A DNA stretch of 64,000 nucleotides from Candidatus Fraserbacteria bacterium (GCA_029262795.1 JAJCYT010000018.1:195762-259761), one strand, 5' to 3'. Numbered from the stretch's first letter, positions 17,683 through 27,839 are shown. Notes: generated by a model not told the origin, from the letters alone. Numbers and translations are program-made.

Positions 17683-18411
17683 CTATAATCCGGGTTCCAG
17701 GCCGAAAATCTGGCTGAGAACTTCGTCCAGTTTTTCCGGTCGTTCCCAAATCTGCGATTCAACGATATGTCCGGTTGGATCGATGATCCAAGCGCCTTGT
17801 GGCCGCAGCCCATAGAGGGCGGTTGCCACGGTGGCCATGGTTGGCTGTTCGTGCCCGACATCGGGGATTTGCCCCACCGGGAAGCTTTCATCGATGAGCA
17901 GATAACGGTTGGCTGGGAATGCCTGTGATGTGAGGTTCAGCGTCAGCATCATCAGGCGCGCCCGTTCAAGGCGTTCTGCATAGGTTTCGATGAGCCATTC
18001 TTCATCGGTTACAAATTCTGGATGACGTTCACGACCGTAGATCGACAAGATCACAACTGGGAAGTCGGCAAATTTCTGACCTAATTTATCCATAGGAAGC
18101 ACGTTCCTGAGGAATGGTGGTCAGTACCAGCTCCCAGTTTCTATTACAACAAACGAATTGTCCAGGTATTGGCTCAGGCTGAATTCAATCCCGTTGATAT
18201 CCAACAGGGTGAAATCCGGCCCCAACATCCCTGGCATAATCGCTGAAAAGTCATTGAATTGATTACCCAACAGCGCATTTTCATCAACGCCTTCAACATA
18301 AAAGGCTTGCGCATTGGCAATCCAGGTGTCCATATCGCCCTGAGCTGAAGTAATGCTGCTGAACAGCGCCAGTGCCAGTGCAAAAATGGACATCATTCTG
18401 AAGACTTTCAT
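17683..18411 (-). CDS. periplasmic iodothyronine-deiodinase-like selenoprotein; in-frame TGA at 18121..18123 read as Sec
   Basis: Split ORFs 18121..18411 and 17683..18102 in same frame. Read-through gives ...FVVIETGSWY-U-PPFLRNVLPMDKLGQKFADFPVVILSIYGRERHPEF.... Signal peptide MMSIFALALALFSSITSA. Hairpin AGGAAgcacgUUCCU (18094..18108) after UGA. Confidence 0.65.
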
Positions 18412-18536
18412 TGAGAGACACCACCTTTCACATAATGGTTGAAATTAAAATTTAGATTAAAACTGAACTTTACAAAGATCATTCTCCAACGATCACCTCC
18501 TGTTTTTGCTAGTCGGCTCATTCTGTAAAACTTCTT

Positions 18537-19652
18537 TCAGTTCACATGGTTGACCAAGGGCGATCCCAAGTGTTCATTCAGAATTTGGATCGCCGTGTTG
18601 TCAAAATCTTCACCGCGGTAAAGGATCACACCATTGATATCCAGCAATAGAAACACAAAGTCACCCGAAGCCTGATAGGCCCAGGCCACATCCCCCAACT
18701 CATCTTTTACAACGGCATAGGTAATCCCGGCACTTCTAATAAAATCCTTGAGCACCTCGATTGGCGAATACTGGTCGATGCCCAGTACGGTCAACTTTTC
18801 CGGGCCATAATCATCCAACAAATCCTGGGCAAACAAACCTGGCACCAGCGAGCCACATTCCACGCATCCCGTCCCCCAAAACGACAGCAGGATGAGTTTG
18901 CCTCGATTGTAAAAATCAGACAAGGTCAGGGGATTGCCTTCCACATCGTTTAAGGTAAAATCGATGGCTTGTAATCCTGCCTGATTGCCTATCTCAGGCA
19001 GGGCGGCCATGTTGGCCTCTTCCAGCAGTTGCCCGACCAGATCAAAACCACTTCTATAATCCAGGTCTTCTTCGGTGGGACCACCATATCCTGTGTCCCG
19101 AAATCGTATGATTCCATTGGCATCAAGCACCAAGAGGGTGGGATGCCCTTCTGTGGTATCCAGGTTGTATTGCGCATAGATTTCAGCGAAATATCTTCCC
19201 ACACCAATGTCCATGGAAAGCCAGGGAAAAGTGACCCCCAGTTCTCTTTTGAAGGCATGTAAGTACCACTCAGGGTCGCCGGTGGAAATTGCAAGCCATT
19301 GCACGTTTTGTCCGTTGTATCTTCCATCGATTTCTTTTTGCATCTCCGGCAGCCATGCCGATGGGCAGGATGGTCAGGTGGCAGCAAAGAAGAAGTACAA
19401 CACAGTCACATCATACTGCTCGACTTGCTCCTGCAGTTGAATGGGGTCTCCGCCGCCCAACTGAGGCAGGGTGAAATCGGGCGCTTGCTGACCCACGTCA
19501 TACCCGATTTCGACTGAGACATTTGAAGCTTCTGCATAAGTGATGATTGGATCAGTCGTGGTTGTGGCCGTCAGCCCAATCAGAACAACCCACAAGAAGG
19601 CCTTTGTCCATTTAAGTTTTGTTGTGTACTTAAACATGATCGTTCCTCCCAA
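18537..19652 (-). CDS. two-domain periplasmic thioredoxin-like selenoprotein (U-P-S-C in domain 1, WGTGCVECG in domain 2); in-frame TGA at 19374..19376
   Basis: Split ORFs 19374..19652 and 18537..19343 in same frame. Read-through gives ...VLYFFFAAT-U-PSCPSAWLPEMQKEIDGRY.... Paralogue of 5345..6493. Hairpin CGGCA-uggc-UGCCG (19347..19360 region) follows UGA. Confidence 0.6.
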
Positions 19653-19681
19653 AATTTTTGAATGACCTCATCCCTGGGTCT

Positions 19682-20467
19682 TCAAAAATCAATCACGACA
19701 TTTTGCCAATATTGGTCCTGCAACCAGAGTGGCAGTTGCATGGGGTTGTCTGCATGGCAAGCGAAACAGTCCACACCTGTTATAAAGTCGTCTTTGACAA
19801 AACGGTTTGAAATTTCGATTGCCTCATGGGTGGCCGGAACGGAGGTCTGATGGCAGCCCGGACAACCAAACAGATCGCGCCAAGTGGGGTCCATCAGCGC
19901 ACGCGGTGTGAACCTGGAATGGCAATTGGCACAGGTGGTCTTTTCGACATAACTGGAAATCGTGACGCTGTCATCGTTTTGTTCAATTTGAAATTCATTA
20001 TGGCAAAAGGTGCATTCCGTGCCAAAATCCATAATCTTCTGCTTCTGATGCACCTGATGGTGGTTCTTTTCTTCAGTGATTTCGATGGCGCCATCTTCGG
20101 TAGGCATTTTTCGCATCACGGTTTCCTGGCTATAGATGTCGCTGTGACACGTCAGACAGGTTTGTCCCAATTTCGCAACATCTTCAGGGACTTCACTCAC
20201 CGTGTTGAGGTTAAGGTGAAATTGGGCCACCTGATCAAATAGTGTTGCCACTGCCGGATGAGGGCCAGGGGTGCTTGAGCTGGTTGAAATTACCGAGCCC
20301 GTTATCAACACGTCTTCCAGGCTGTGCCCGTCTGAAGGAAAGTTCAGCGGCGGCGCTGCCTGTGCAATTTGTATCAGAAACAAACTCATCAAGATAAATG
20401 CAATCCCTCGTAAACGTTTCATTTTTCTGTTCATTGTGGTTTTTTTTGTTTTCATGATGACCTTCAA
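19682..20467 (-). CDS. pentaheme c-type cytochrome (secreted/periplasmic)
   Basis: Five CxxCH motifs: CLTCH, CTFCH, CANCH, CPGCH, CFACH; signal peptide GIAFILMSLFLIQIAQA. Confidence 0.8.
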   Translation of the reverse strand: MKVIMKTKKTTMNRKMKRLRGIAFILMSLFLIQIAQAAPPLNFPSDGHSLEDVLITGSVISTSSSTPGPHPAVATLFDQVAQFHLNLNTVSEVPEDVAKLGQTCLTCHSDIYSQETVMRKMPTEDGAIEITEEKNHHQVHQKQKIMDFGTECTFCHNEFQIEQNDDSVTISSYVEKTTCANCHSRFTPRALMDPTWRDLFGCPGCHQTSVPATHEAIEISNRFVKDDFITGVDCFACHADNPMQLPLWLQDQYWQNVVIDF

Positions 20468-20677
20468 TCCTCAAAGTTCGTGAAAGATCATGGTTCGAGA
20501 TGCCAAGTGATCCTTGTCTCGATTTAACGAAATATCCCCACCCTTGGCTATGACCTAATACAGATATTTTTATGCTTTGCATCATATTTTTTATAGAGCA
20601 GTGTGACCATAAAAAGATAATGATCAATAGGATTGAAACCTTAAATGATGTTTAGAAATGGAAACATTGATGCGTTT

Positions 20678-22093
20678 TCAGGCATGATTTATGGGAAGCG
20701 AAAAAACAAAGGTTGTTCCCTGTTTTAATTCACTTTGCACCCAAATCTGCCCATCCTGTGCAACAATGAGTTGCTTTGCAATGGCCAGGCCCAAACCGGT
20801 GCCGCCACTTTTTTGCCCTCTCACTTTGTCCGCACGCCAAAAACGATCAAACACGTATGGTAATTCATCTGCTGCGATGCCAGGACCTGTATCAGATATT
20901 TCCACCTGAACCTGCGAGACTTCTGATGTTACACCAATCGATATTTGTCCATTTGGAGGCGTGTAGTGAGATGCGTTTTTGAGCAGGTTCCAAAGCACCT
21001 GGGTCGTGCGGTCAGGGTCCAGATCTATGATCAGCTCTTGTGGGAGATCTATAACAAGATTGATGTTTTTCTTTTTCAGCAACGGTTTCAGGGTTTCCAC
21101 CACCTGATTCAGCAAGCGCACAAAGTCTGTGGGTTGTTTTTCGATGGATAACTTTCCGGCTTCAGCAAGCGACAGGTTCCTTAAATCTTCAACCAAGCGC
21201 CCCATCCGCAGGCTTTCTTCATACAGGGAAGCAAATGTCTCAACAGTGGGTTCATAGACGTTTGTTTGAAGCGCGTACAAATCCCCTTGCAAGATGGTGA
21301 GAGGGGTGCGTAATTCGTGGGTGATGTCTGCAAGAAAATGCTGTCGCAGTTTCTCGGAATGATCAAGTTTATGATTCATCTTATTAAAGGCCTCGCCGAT
21401 TTGGCCGAGCGCATCCGCAGAGCGGATCTCAATCTGCTGTTGTTTCTCTCCGTCGGCAATGCTCAACATGGCATTGCCCAACTGACGCAATGGCCGTGTC
21501 ATTTGACGAACCAACAGCACCCCCAACAGCAACGCCACCATGCCGGCAATGATGCCTGCAAGCAAAATAGCACGATCAACTGAACTTAAGAAATCCGTTT
21601 CCAGATTTGTGCGACGGCCCAAAGTCGCTTCTGATAACAAGGTGCCGACCTGCTGGTTTTGCTGTCCTTGTGGTCCCTGTCTGCCTTGCTGTCCCTGCTG
21701 ACCGCGGAAAAAAATTGACGACCCTTGACTCAGCACACTGGGTGCCAATGTTTGTCCGACCAACGTTTCATCTGAAGCCATGAGAACGGTGCCGGAGGTA
21801 TCCGCCAAAATGAAATTATCGCCCAGCGAGCCATACACATTACTTACCTCTACTCGCAACTGCTCTAACGCATGCCACCCCCTATGTTGGGCATAATGTT
21901 GTTTAAACAGGGAGACCATCCCCTGAATATGCAATTGGCTGTTCTGTTTGCTGAACTCCTGAAAATTCATGTCAAGCGTCATATTGAGGATCAGGTAAAG
22001 GGCGATGGCGCCCACTGCAATAATCGCAAAAAATGTGCCGAAAATCTTCATGCCAAAAGGCGCACGGCGATTGATTTCTTGCAATTGGCGCAT
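20678..22093 (-). CDS. sensor histidine kinase (HAMP-HisKA-HATPase)
   Basis: H-box THELRTPLTILQGDL; N/G boxes LLKNASHYT, GGTGLGLAIAKQL; N-terminal TM segments. Confidence 0.85.
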   Translation of the reverse strand: MRQLQEINRRAPFGMKIFGTFFAIIAVGAIALYLILNMTLDMNFQEFSKQNSQLHIQGMVSLFKQHYAQHRGWHALEQLRVEVSNVYGSLGDNFILADTSGTVLMASDETLVGQTLAPSVLSQGSSIFFRGQQGQQGRQGPQGQQNQQVGTLLSEATLGRRTNLETDFLSSVDRAILLAGIIAGMVALLLGVLLVRQMTRPLRQLGNAMLSIADGEKQQQIEIRSADALGQIGEAFNKMNHKLDHSEKLRQHFLADITHELRTPLTILQGDLYALQTNVYEPTVETFASLYEESLRMGRLVEDLRNLSLAEAGKLSIEKQPTDFVRLLNQVVETLKPLLKKKNINLVIDLPQELIIDLDPDRTTQVLWNLLKNASHYTPPNGQISIGVTSEVSQVQVEISDTGPGIAADELPYVFDRFWRADKVRGQKSGGTGLGLAIAKQLIVAQDGQIWVQSELKQGTTFVFSLPINHA

Positions 22094-22105
22094 CAGTTCA
22101 TTCCT

Positions 22106-22954
22106 TCATTCAGAAGATCTGTCTGCAAATTTGTACCCCATGCTGGGCACAGTCAAAATGTATTTCGGGTTGTGAGGGTCATCGCCAAGTTTTCGGCGTA
22201 GATTTTTAATATGCGGATCAATCGCGCGAACCGTCATCGCATACGTGGTTCCTGTAAGCGCATCCAACAGGCTTTCTCTTGAGTGAACCCGACCAGGGTG
22301 TGCCGCCAGAGTCACAAGCAATTGGAATTGCATCGGCGTCAAATCGAGTAGCCGCCCCTGCCAATGCGCTTCCACGCGGTCCAAGTCCAATCGAAGTTCA
22401 CCCACCTGAATCGTATTTGGCACGGATTGATCTTCAATCCGGCGCAGCACGGCACGCACACGGGCCACCAGCTCTTTGGGATGAAACGGCTTTGACACGT
22501 AGTCGTCGGCGCCCAACTCCAGTCCGACAACGCGATCTTCGGCATCAGATCGTGCAGTTAGCATAATGATGGGCACGGTGGATTGTTTTCGGATTTCGCG
22601 GGCGACATCATAGCCGTCCAAATCGGGCAGCATGAGGTCTAAAAGGATCAAGTCAGGAGATGACATCTTGAAAACGGTGAGCGCTTCCTTGCCATCGTAG
22701 GCAGCCACGACACTAAACCCAGCCTGAATCAAAAAGCTTTTGACCAGATTAACAATTTTTGCCTCATCGTCTACGACGAGGATTTTCTTTGTCATGGTTG
22801 TTATACAGTACAACGCACTCTCATAAAAACAAAACTTGAAACAGGGCGCGCCGTTTCCTTTCTCGTAAAGATGAAACCAGGCACAATGCTTGTTTGCAGT
22901 GTGCCACTTTAGGCGAAAAAGATTGACACCCACAAGCCTGCGCGTGGGTGTCAA
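22106..22954 (-). CDS. OmpR-family response regulator (real start probably internal MTKKILVVDDE, ~22795)
   Basis: Receiver (ILVVDDEAKIV...LLDLMLPDLDG) plus winged-helix (LTVPSMGYKF); the 53-aa N-terminal extension in the ORF track lacks receiver features. Confidence 0.85.
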   Translation of the reverse strand: MTPTRRLVGVNLFRLKWHTANKHCAWFHLYEKGNGAPCFKFCFYESALYCITTMTKKILVVDDEAKIVNLVKSFLIQAGFSVVAAYDGKEALTVFKMSSPDLILLDLMLPDLDGYDVAREIRKQSTVPIIMLTARSDAEDRVVGLELGADDYVSKPFHPKELVARVRAVLRRIEDQSVPNTIQVGELRLDLDRVEAHWQGRLLDLTPMQFQLLVTLAAHPGRVHSRESLLDALTGTTYAMTVRAIDPHIKNLRRKLGDDPHNPKYILTVPSMGYKFADRSSE

Positions 22955-22956
22955 TC
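22911..22956 (-). terminator. rho-independent terminator after gene 22993..23787 (minus strand)
   Basis: Perfect 13-bp inverted repeat GATTGACACCCAC-n10-GTGGGTGTCAATC; on the minus strand it is followed by UUUUUCGCC. Confidence 0.5.
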
Positions 22957-22992
22957 GTATCGATATTTTCGCGGTATGGGTCCCATCAAGCG

Positions 22993-23787
22993 CTAGGAAC
23001 CAAACACCGTGGTTTTGGCGTCATTAAATGCTTCTTCTACTTCCAGGATCGTTTTGTCCAACGCCGATGCTAAGTGTTCAAACAGCTTTGTCTGCATGTT
23101 AATTGGACGTACGGTTGCGGTGTTTGCATAGTCTAAGGCAGCTTCATAGGCTTCAAGGTATGCTGCATGGAACGTATCATAGTCCACGTCCAAATTGATG
23201 GCAGCATAATGCAGCACGGCGCTCTGATAAATGGCTTGTTGAGCACTGTTGTTGACTGCATTATTGCTTGGCGTATTCTGTCTATTTCCCCTGTTTCCAG
23301 AAGCTCTTCCCGATCTGCCACTCGATCTGCTAGAGCAAGTGTTGTTGGCGCTATTTCGCCCCCGAGCACTCATGCTGCTGTTCGTCGCATTCCTGCCAGA
23401 ATTGCCTGGCCCGCTTGTGTTGAAAACTGGCGATAGTGCTCCAGGTAAGGCGCCGGTGACGGCAAGATGCACTTCATTGAAGGCCTCTTCAACATCTGCC
23501 AATACCATGCCAAGTCTTTCGGCCAGAAGCGGAATCATGAACTGAGAGACATTCATGGGCCGCACCAAAGACTGTTGTGCCTGAACGTAGGCTTCATCCA
23601 TGACTTCCTGAATCACTTCCACGGAGGTGTCAAGTCTTTCCGCAAGAGCTTGTTGGAATTCAAGCTGAAATGACACCAGAGGCGTCTGCTGTCCTCGATT
23701 GCCACCGGGGGCTGCCGAAACGGTCAAGGTCATTCCTATGATTGTCATGAGTAACACTGCGATGATGGTCATTGTTTTAGTCGTCAT
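22993..23787 (-). CDS. secreted hypothetical protein with two ~100-aa internal repeats and an Asn/Ser/Arg-rich linker
   Basis: Signal peptide MTIIAVLLMTIIGMTLTVSAA; both repeat units end in ...EEAFN[ED]... Confidence 0.4.
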   Translation of the reverse strand: MTTKTMTIIAVLLMTIIGMTLTVSAAPGGNRGQQTPLVSFQLEFQQALAERLDTSVEVIQEVMDEAYVQAQQSLVRPMNVSQFMIPLLAERLGMVLADVEEAFNEVHLAVTGALPGALSPVFNTSGPGNSGRNATNSSMSARGRNSANNTCSSRSSGRSGRASGNRGNRQNTPSNNAVNNSAQQAIYQSAVLHYAAINLDVDYDTFHAAYLEAYEAALDYANTATVRPINMQTKLFEHLASALDKTILEVEEAFNDAKTTVFGS

Positions 23788-24048
23788 GATTTTTCAACCC
23801 TTTCTTTAGACATTTTTGTGTTGATCATTTTCAACAACTTCAACTTACAGAGTGGATGTGAAAAGCCAGCGTTGATGCTGTGAAAATGCTGTGAAAGCGG
23901 AGACAACCACTTTCACGGCGTTCTCACAGCGTTTTCATCTCGTTCCGACAAGCACAGGTCATCATGTTATTGGTGATAAAAAGACGTCTGGCAAGATCTG
24001 TTACTAAGGATTTCCCAGACCCTGAAAAAGAGATTAAAGGAGGAACTT

Positions 24049-24480
24049 ATGAAAAAACAATTTGTCATCTTAGCTATGTGTGCAATCGTTCTGTTGACCT
24101 CAGCCTGTGTGGCAGCGCAGAAGGGGATGGGAAATACGAGCGGGGTGGCTCGAGGGGTTCTCTCCCCCATCATCACCCTATCGGGCACTATCGTTGAGAT
24201 TCACGTTGGGCCATGTGTCGATGCCACGATGGGCAACGACCCGATTGGCATTCACCTTTTCGTGCAGACCTCCGGTGGGACCGAAGTGAATCTTCACCTG
24301 GGGCCGGCCAGAGTGATCGACCGTATCGTGGCACCCATGTCGCCAGGGCAGACAATCTCCTTTGATGCTTTCTCCACGCCTGACCTGGCACCCAACGCCT
24401 ACATTGCCAAAACGCTGTTTTGGCAAAACGAGGTGATCAAGCTTCGCGACGATGCCTTGCGGCCATTCTGGGCCAAGTAA
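24049..24480 (+). CDS. hypothetical lipoprotein
   Basis: MKKQFVILAMCAIVLLTSAC lipobox-like signal; AGGAGG RBS. Confidence 0.4.
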   Translation: MKKQFVILAMCAIVLLTSACVAAQKGMGNTSGVARGVLSPIITLSGTIVEIHVGPCVDATMGNDPIGIHLFVQTSGGTEVNLHLGPARVIDRIVAPMSPGQTISFDAFSTPDLAPNAYIAKTLFWQNEVIKLRDDALRPFWAK

Positions 24481-24725
24481 CGGACGATTCTCGTATAGAC
24501 CGCAGAATAGCATGTTGGTCCGATGCATCGGGAGCGCCATGTGAATCAACGTGGCGCTCCCTCATTTTCTAGAGCTGTTATCCTGATGCGTAACCTTGGG
24601 GTATTAAGGAAAACCAACGGCAATCATCGGCACTGTATCCTTCTTTTTATCTACTTAAAGACAGCGCTTTTGTAAAACTTTTAGAAGCTTTCAATGGGTG
24701 AGGTGAGGGGTGTCGTACTCAGTTT

Positions 24726-25688
24726 TCAACTCATTAAATTTTTTTCTTTGAGCTGTCTGATCAATGGGCCACATTGATCAGCATGGGAGCAAGTTCCTGT
24801 TTTACATTCATGAAGCCCTTGTGATACATATTTGGCATAACCATCTGGGAAAAGCGTCAACGTTTGTCCAAAACGTTTGGATAAACGGCAAGCTGCAACA
24901 TAATTGGCGCCCGAAGAGACGCCAACGCATAACTGTTGCTCTTGGTTCAATAATTCTGCGGCAGCATGAGCCTCTTCGGTAGAAACACACATGACTTGAT
25001 CAATTAAATCGTGTAGTTCACCTTCGTCATTTTGAACCAACTTTGGAATAAACCCATCTCCAATGCCCCCAATGCCGTGGTTGTTTGCTGAACCGCCACT
25101 CATGACCGCTGATTCACAAGGTTCGACTGCCACAATGGTCAGTGAAGAAAATTTTTCTTTCAAAGATTTTCCCACACCGATCAAAGACCCTCCTGTGCCT
25201 ACGCCTGCTACAAATGCACCCAGCGATATTTCTTCTGGCAACTGTTCAAAAATTTCTTGCCCAGTGGTTTGGTAATGGCATTCAGCATTTAGAGGGTTGG
25301 AAAACTGATCCGGGTTGAAGTAACTGGGATCTTGCGCAATTTCGTCACGGATTTGTGCGGCTTCAGCAAAACTGCCTTCTTTGGAGCATAAGATTAAGTT
25401 TGCGCCTAAATCTTGGATAATCTTCTTGCGTTCAAGCGTCATGTCCTCAGGCATGACAATGGTTACATCATAGCCTTTACTCTTGGCAAAATATGTGAGT
25501 GCTATTCCTGTGTTTCCACTCGATGCCTCTACAATTTTCATGCCAGGCTTTAAGGTACCATTGCGTTCGTTTTTTTCCAAAATGAACTTTGCAATTCGAT
25601 CCTTTATGCTGCCACAAGGGTTCGCACATTCCAGCTTTGCCCAAACAGAGCCAATTTGAATGAGTGGTGTATTACCAACTTGAACCAT
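24726..25688 (-). CDS. cysteine synthase / CBS-family PLP-dependent enzyme (CysK/CysM-like)
   Basis: PLP-lysine motif NPCGSIKDRIA; glycine-rich loop GVGTGGSLIG; codon usage already AT-richer than upstream genes. Confidence 0.8.
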   Translation of the reverse strand: MVQVGNTPLIQIGSVWAKLECANPCGSIKDRIAKFILEKNERNGTLKPGMKIVEASSGNTGIALTYFAKSKGYDVTIVMPEDMTLERKKIIQDLGANLILCSKEGSFAEAAQIRDEIAQDPSYFNPDQFSNPLNAECHYQTTGQEIFEQLPEEISLGAFVAGVGTGGSLIGVGKSLKEKFSSLTIVAVEPCESAVMSGGSANNHGIGGIGDGFIPKLVQNDEGELHDLIDQVMCVSTEEAHAAAELLNQEQQLCVGVSSGANYVAACRLSKRFGQTLTLFPDGYAKYVSQGLHECKTGTCSHADQCGPLIRQLKEKNLMS

Positions 25689-25983
25689 GTGAGCCTCTTT
25701 AGGTCTGTAATTACTTACAGCAAAGTGTGAATACTACAAAAAGGCAATGAGCTAGATCATAAAGAACAGTTAAAAGTCCAAGAATTATTATGGAATGTAC
25801 CGACTATTGGTGAATTAGGAAGAGAGATTTCTGTAAATGTTTAGGTGGCTGGCCTGGCTGGACGATTTTAGAACTTATCTTGTAGAAAACCCAGATAAAA
25901 CTCATTCATTAAGTGAATGGTCTACATAATTAAGGTGTAGTCCATCAGAAGATATACAAAGGCATTCTTAGGAGAGAATAACA

Positions 25984-26595
25984 ATGAAAAGAAATAATGA
26001 CGCAAAATCGCGTAAAAATTCGCAATCTAGCAAAGCATCAAAAAGCACACCTAATCCACGGCCGAAAGAAGAAATCAAAAGAATTTTTATTGAGGGTGAA
26101 GATATAGATCAGATCCATATTCATCCTACTTTAACTGAGTTGGCCAAACGGTACAAAATTCCTGTGGGCACTGTGACAAAGTGGGCTTCTGAAGAAAAAT
26201 GGGCGGATCAAAAACATCGATTTCTAAGGGATTTGGAGGCCGCTCGTAAGCGAGGAATCCTCAATGCTGCTGAGGAAAAAAGCCGTGAGGTACTTGAGAA
26301 CTCGCATTCCATTATTTCTCAAGCGCAACGTGTCATTCTGGATTATTTCAAAGCATACGAACTTAAACGAGCAGCGTGTAAAAAGAAAGATAAGAATGCA
26401 TTTCCAGAAATTGACCCACTGGAGTTTCATCGTGTTATGAGTTCGGTCTTAAAGCTGACGCAAGCCACCGAAATTGCTTTACGCCCTCGAAACAACGTAC
26501 CTGAACAGAAAGGCATTGATATTGTAAAGCTTGTTCAATGGGGGCAGGAATATAAATCAGGCCAATCCGGTGGTTTCAATCCAAATGTGAGTTAA
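25984..26595 (+). CDS. hypothetical protein, basic Lys/Ser-rich N-terminus (possible DNA-binding/small-terminase-like)
   Basis: AGGAG RBS; no catalytic motif recognised. Confidence 0.4.
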   Translation: MKRNNDAKSRKNSQSSKASKSTPNPRPKEEIKRIFIEGEDIDQIHIHPTLTELAKRYKIPVGTVTKWASEEKWADQKHRFLRDLEAARKRGILNAAEEKSREVLENSHSIISQAQRVILDYFKAYELKRAACKKKDKNAFPEIDPLEFHRVMSSVLKLTQATEIALRPRNNVPEQKGIDIVKLVQWGQEYKSGQSGGFNPNVS

Positions 26596-26742
26596 AAACC
26601 TAAAAGTCTCCCCGGGGAGAGAAGATATTCATGTGGATTTACTACTTTTGAGCAAAAAGGAAACGTATAAATCAACCTATCTGTATTTATCGACCTCATA
26701 AAGCTTTGTTAGATAATAATGCTTTATGAGGTCGATGAAATT

Positions 26743-27165
26743 TCAACGACACAACTCAAATGTTCTTTGCATAATTAGTGTTGGGTCTTTGAATAATCCG
26801 TTACTGTCTGTGAGAGTAATATAATCTCTGGCTGCATTATACCCTGCCTGCATTGCAAGCCCATTTAGAGCGTAGGTGCCACGACCAGTTTCGATCACGA
26901 TAGCATCACCCTCCAAGCATTTAAGCGTTCCAGAATCAACCGTGAAAGGCCAGCTTGAGCCAAAGTCTGAACGATGGACCGCTAAAGTATTAGATGAGCC
27001 TCCCTGATTCAGGAAGAAATAGACAACAATAATGCAGACTATGATAATCCCCATAATCGTCACGTTTCGATCGTCGGGAAGATTCTTTTGGTTGTTATCT
27101 TCTTTCTGAGTAGATTCATTAGTGTTTTCAACTTCTTTGACCATGTTGCCTCCCTTATTAAACAT
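26743..27165 (-). CDS. hypothetical membrane-anchored protein
   Basis: Single TM IMGIIIVCIIVVYFF after an acidic/polar N-terminus. Confidence 0.4.
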   Translation of the reverse strand: MFNKGGNMVKEVENTNESTQKEDNNQKNLPDDRNVTIMGIIIVCIIVVYFFLNQGGSSNTLAVHRSDFGSSWPFTVDSGTLKCLEGDAIVIETGRGTYALNGLAMQAGYNAARDYITLTDSNGLFKDPTLIMQRTFELCR

Positions 27166-27220
27166 ATTATCACACTTATAGTGTGTAGACTTATAGTGTG
27201 CAAGTCATCATCTTTACAAT

Positions 27221-27451
27221 GTGCCTTTAATCGAATCAGACCGCCTATTTCTGACAAAGCTGGGAAAACGTATTCGGGAATTGAGAGAACAAAAGGGATT
27301 GTCCCAGGAAGCCTTTGGATTCCAGGCTGATTTACATCGAAATTATATTGGTGGAATCGAGCGTGGTGAGCGAAATGTAGCGGTCCTTAATCTCAAGAAG
27401 ATTGCTCAAGCCCTTAATGTTTCACTTGAAGAATTGTTTGAGAAAATATAA
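27221..27451 (+). CDS. XRE-family (Cro/cI-type) HTH transcriptional regulator
   Basis: LGKRIRELREQKGLSQEAFGFQADLHRNYIGGIERGERNVAVLNLKKIAQALNVSLEELF. Confidence 0.75.
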   Translation: MPLIESDRLFLTKLGKRIRELREQKGLSQEAFGFQADLHRNYIGGIERGERNVAVLNLKKIAQALNVSLEELFEKI

Positions 27452-27839
27452 CTATTCCAAGATTCAACATCCTACCAAATTGCTGTTCCACAAAATCTGC
27501 TCTCTAAGGCATCTCACAAATTTAAAAAGAGCCTTTGGCAACGGATAGTTTTTATAAAAAAGACCCAAAAGATATGGTTATACAAGAGAGAATAAAAGAG
27601 TTTCTATCATTAGGTTTTGACAAATTGTAGAATTTAGTGTATACCTGATTTGCTAGGAAACAACTTTGGGGAGTTGCTGTTGACTCTAAGGAAGATAGGG
27701 AGGAAGGGTTGGGGTTCATCATGGGGTAGTTAGCCGTTCGTTCTTAATAAATCTCTTCAAACTTTTTTTTATCACTCTATTTATCATTTTTGCTAGTAGT
27801 GACTTCATAACGCTTTCTCAAAATAACTGTCCACTATTC

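Noticed and set aside
22796-22954. 53-aa N-terminal extension of the response regulator ORF (TTG start at 22954)
   Set aside because: The extension spans the perfect 13-bp inverted-repeat terminator at 22921..22956 and lacks receiver-domain sequence. The real start is most likely the internal Met of MTKKILVVDD.
25690-25983. Search for a direct repeat of the tRNA-Gln 3' end marking attL
   Set aside because: Only short chance matches were found by eye (tggctgg at ~25846; ggaagagagatttc at ~25820). These are not convincing. Serine recombinases need only a 2-bp core, so the boundary is left undefined.
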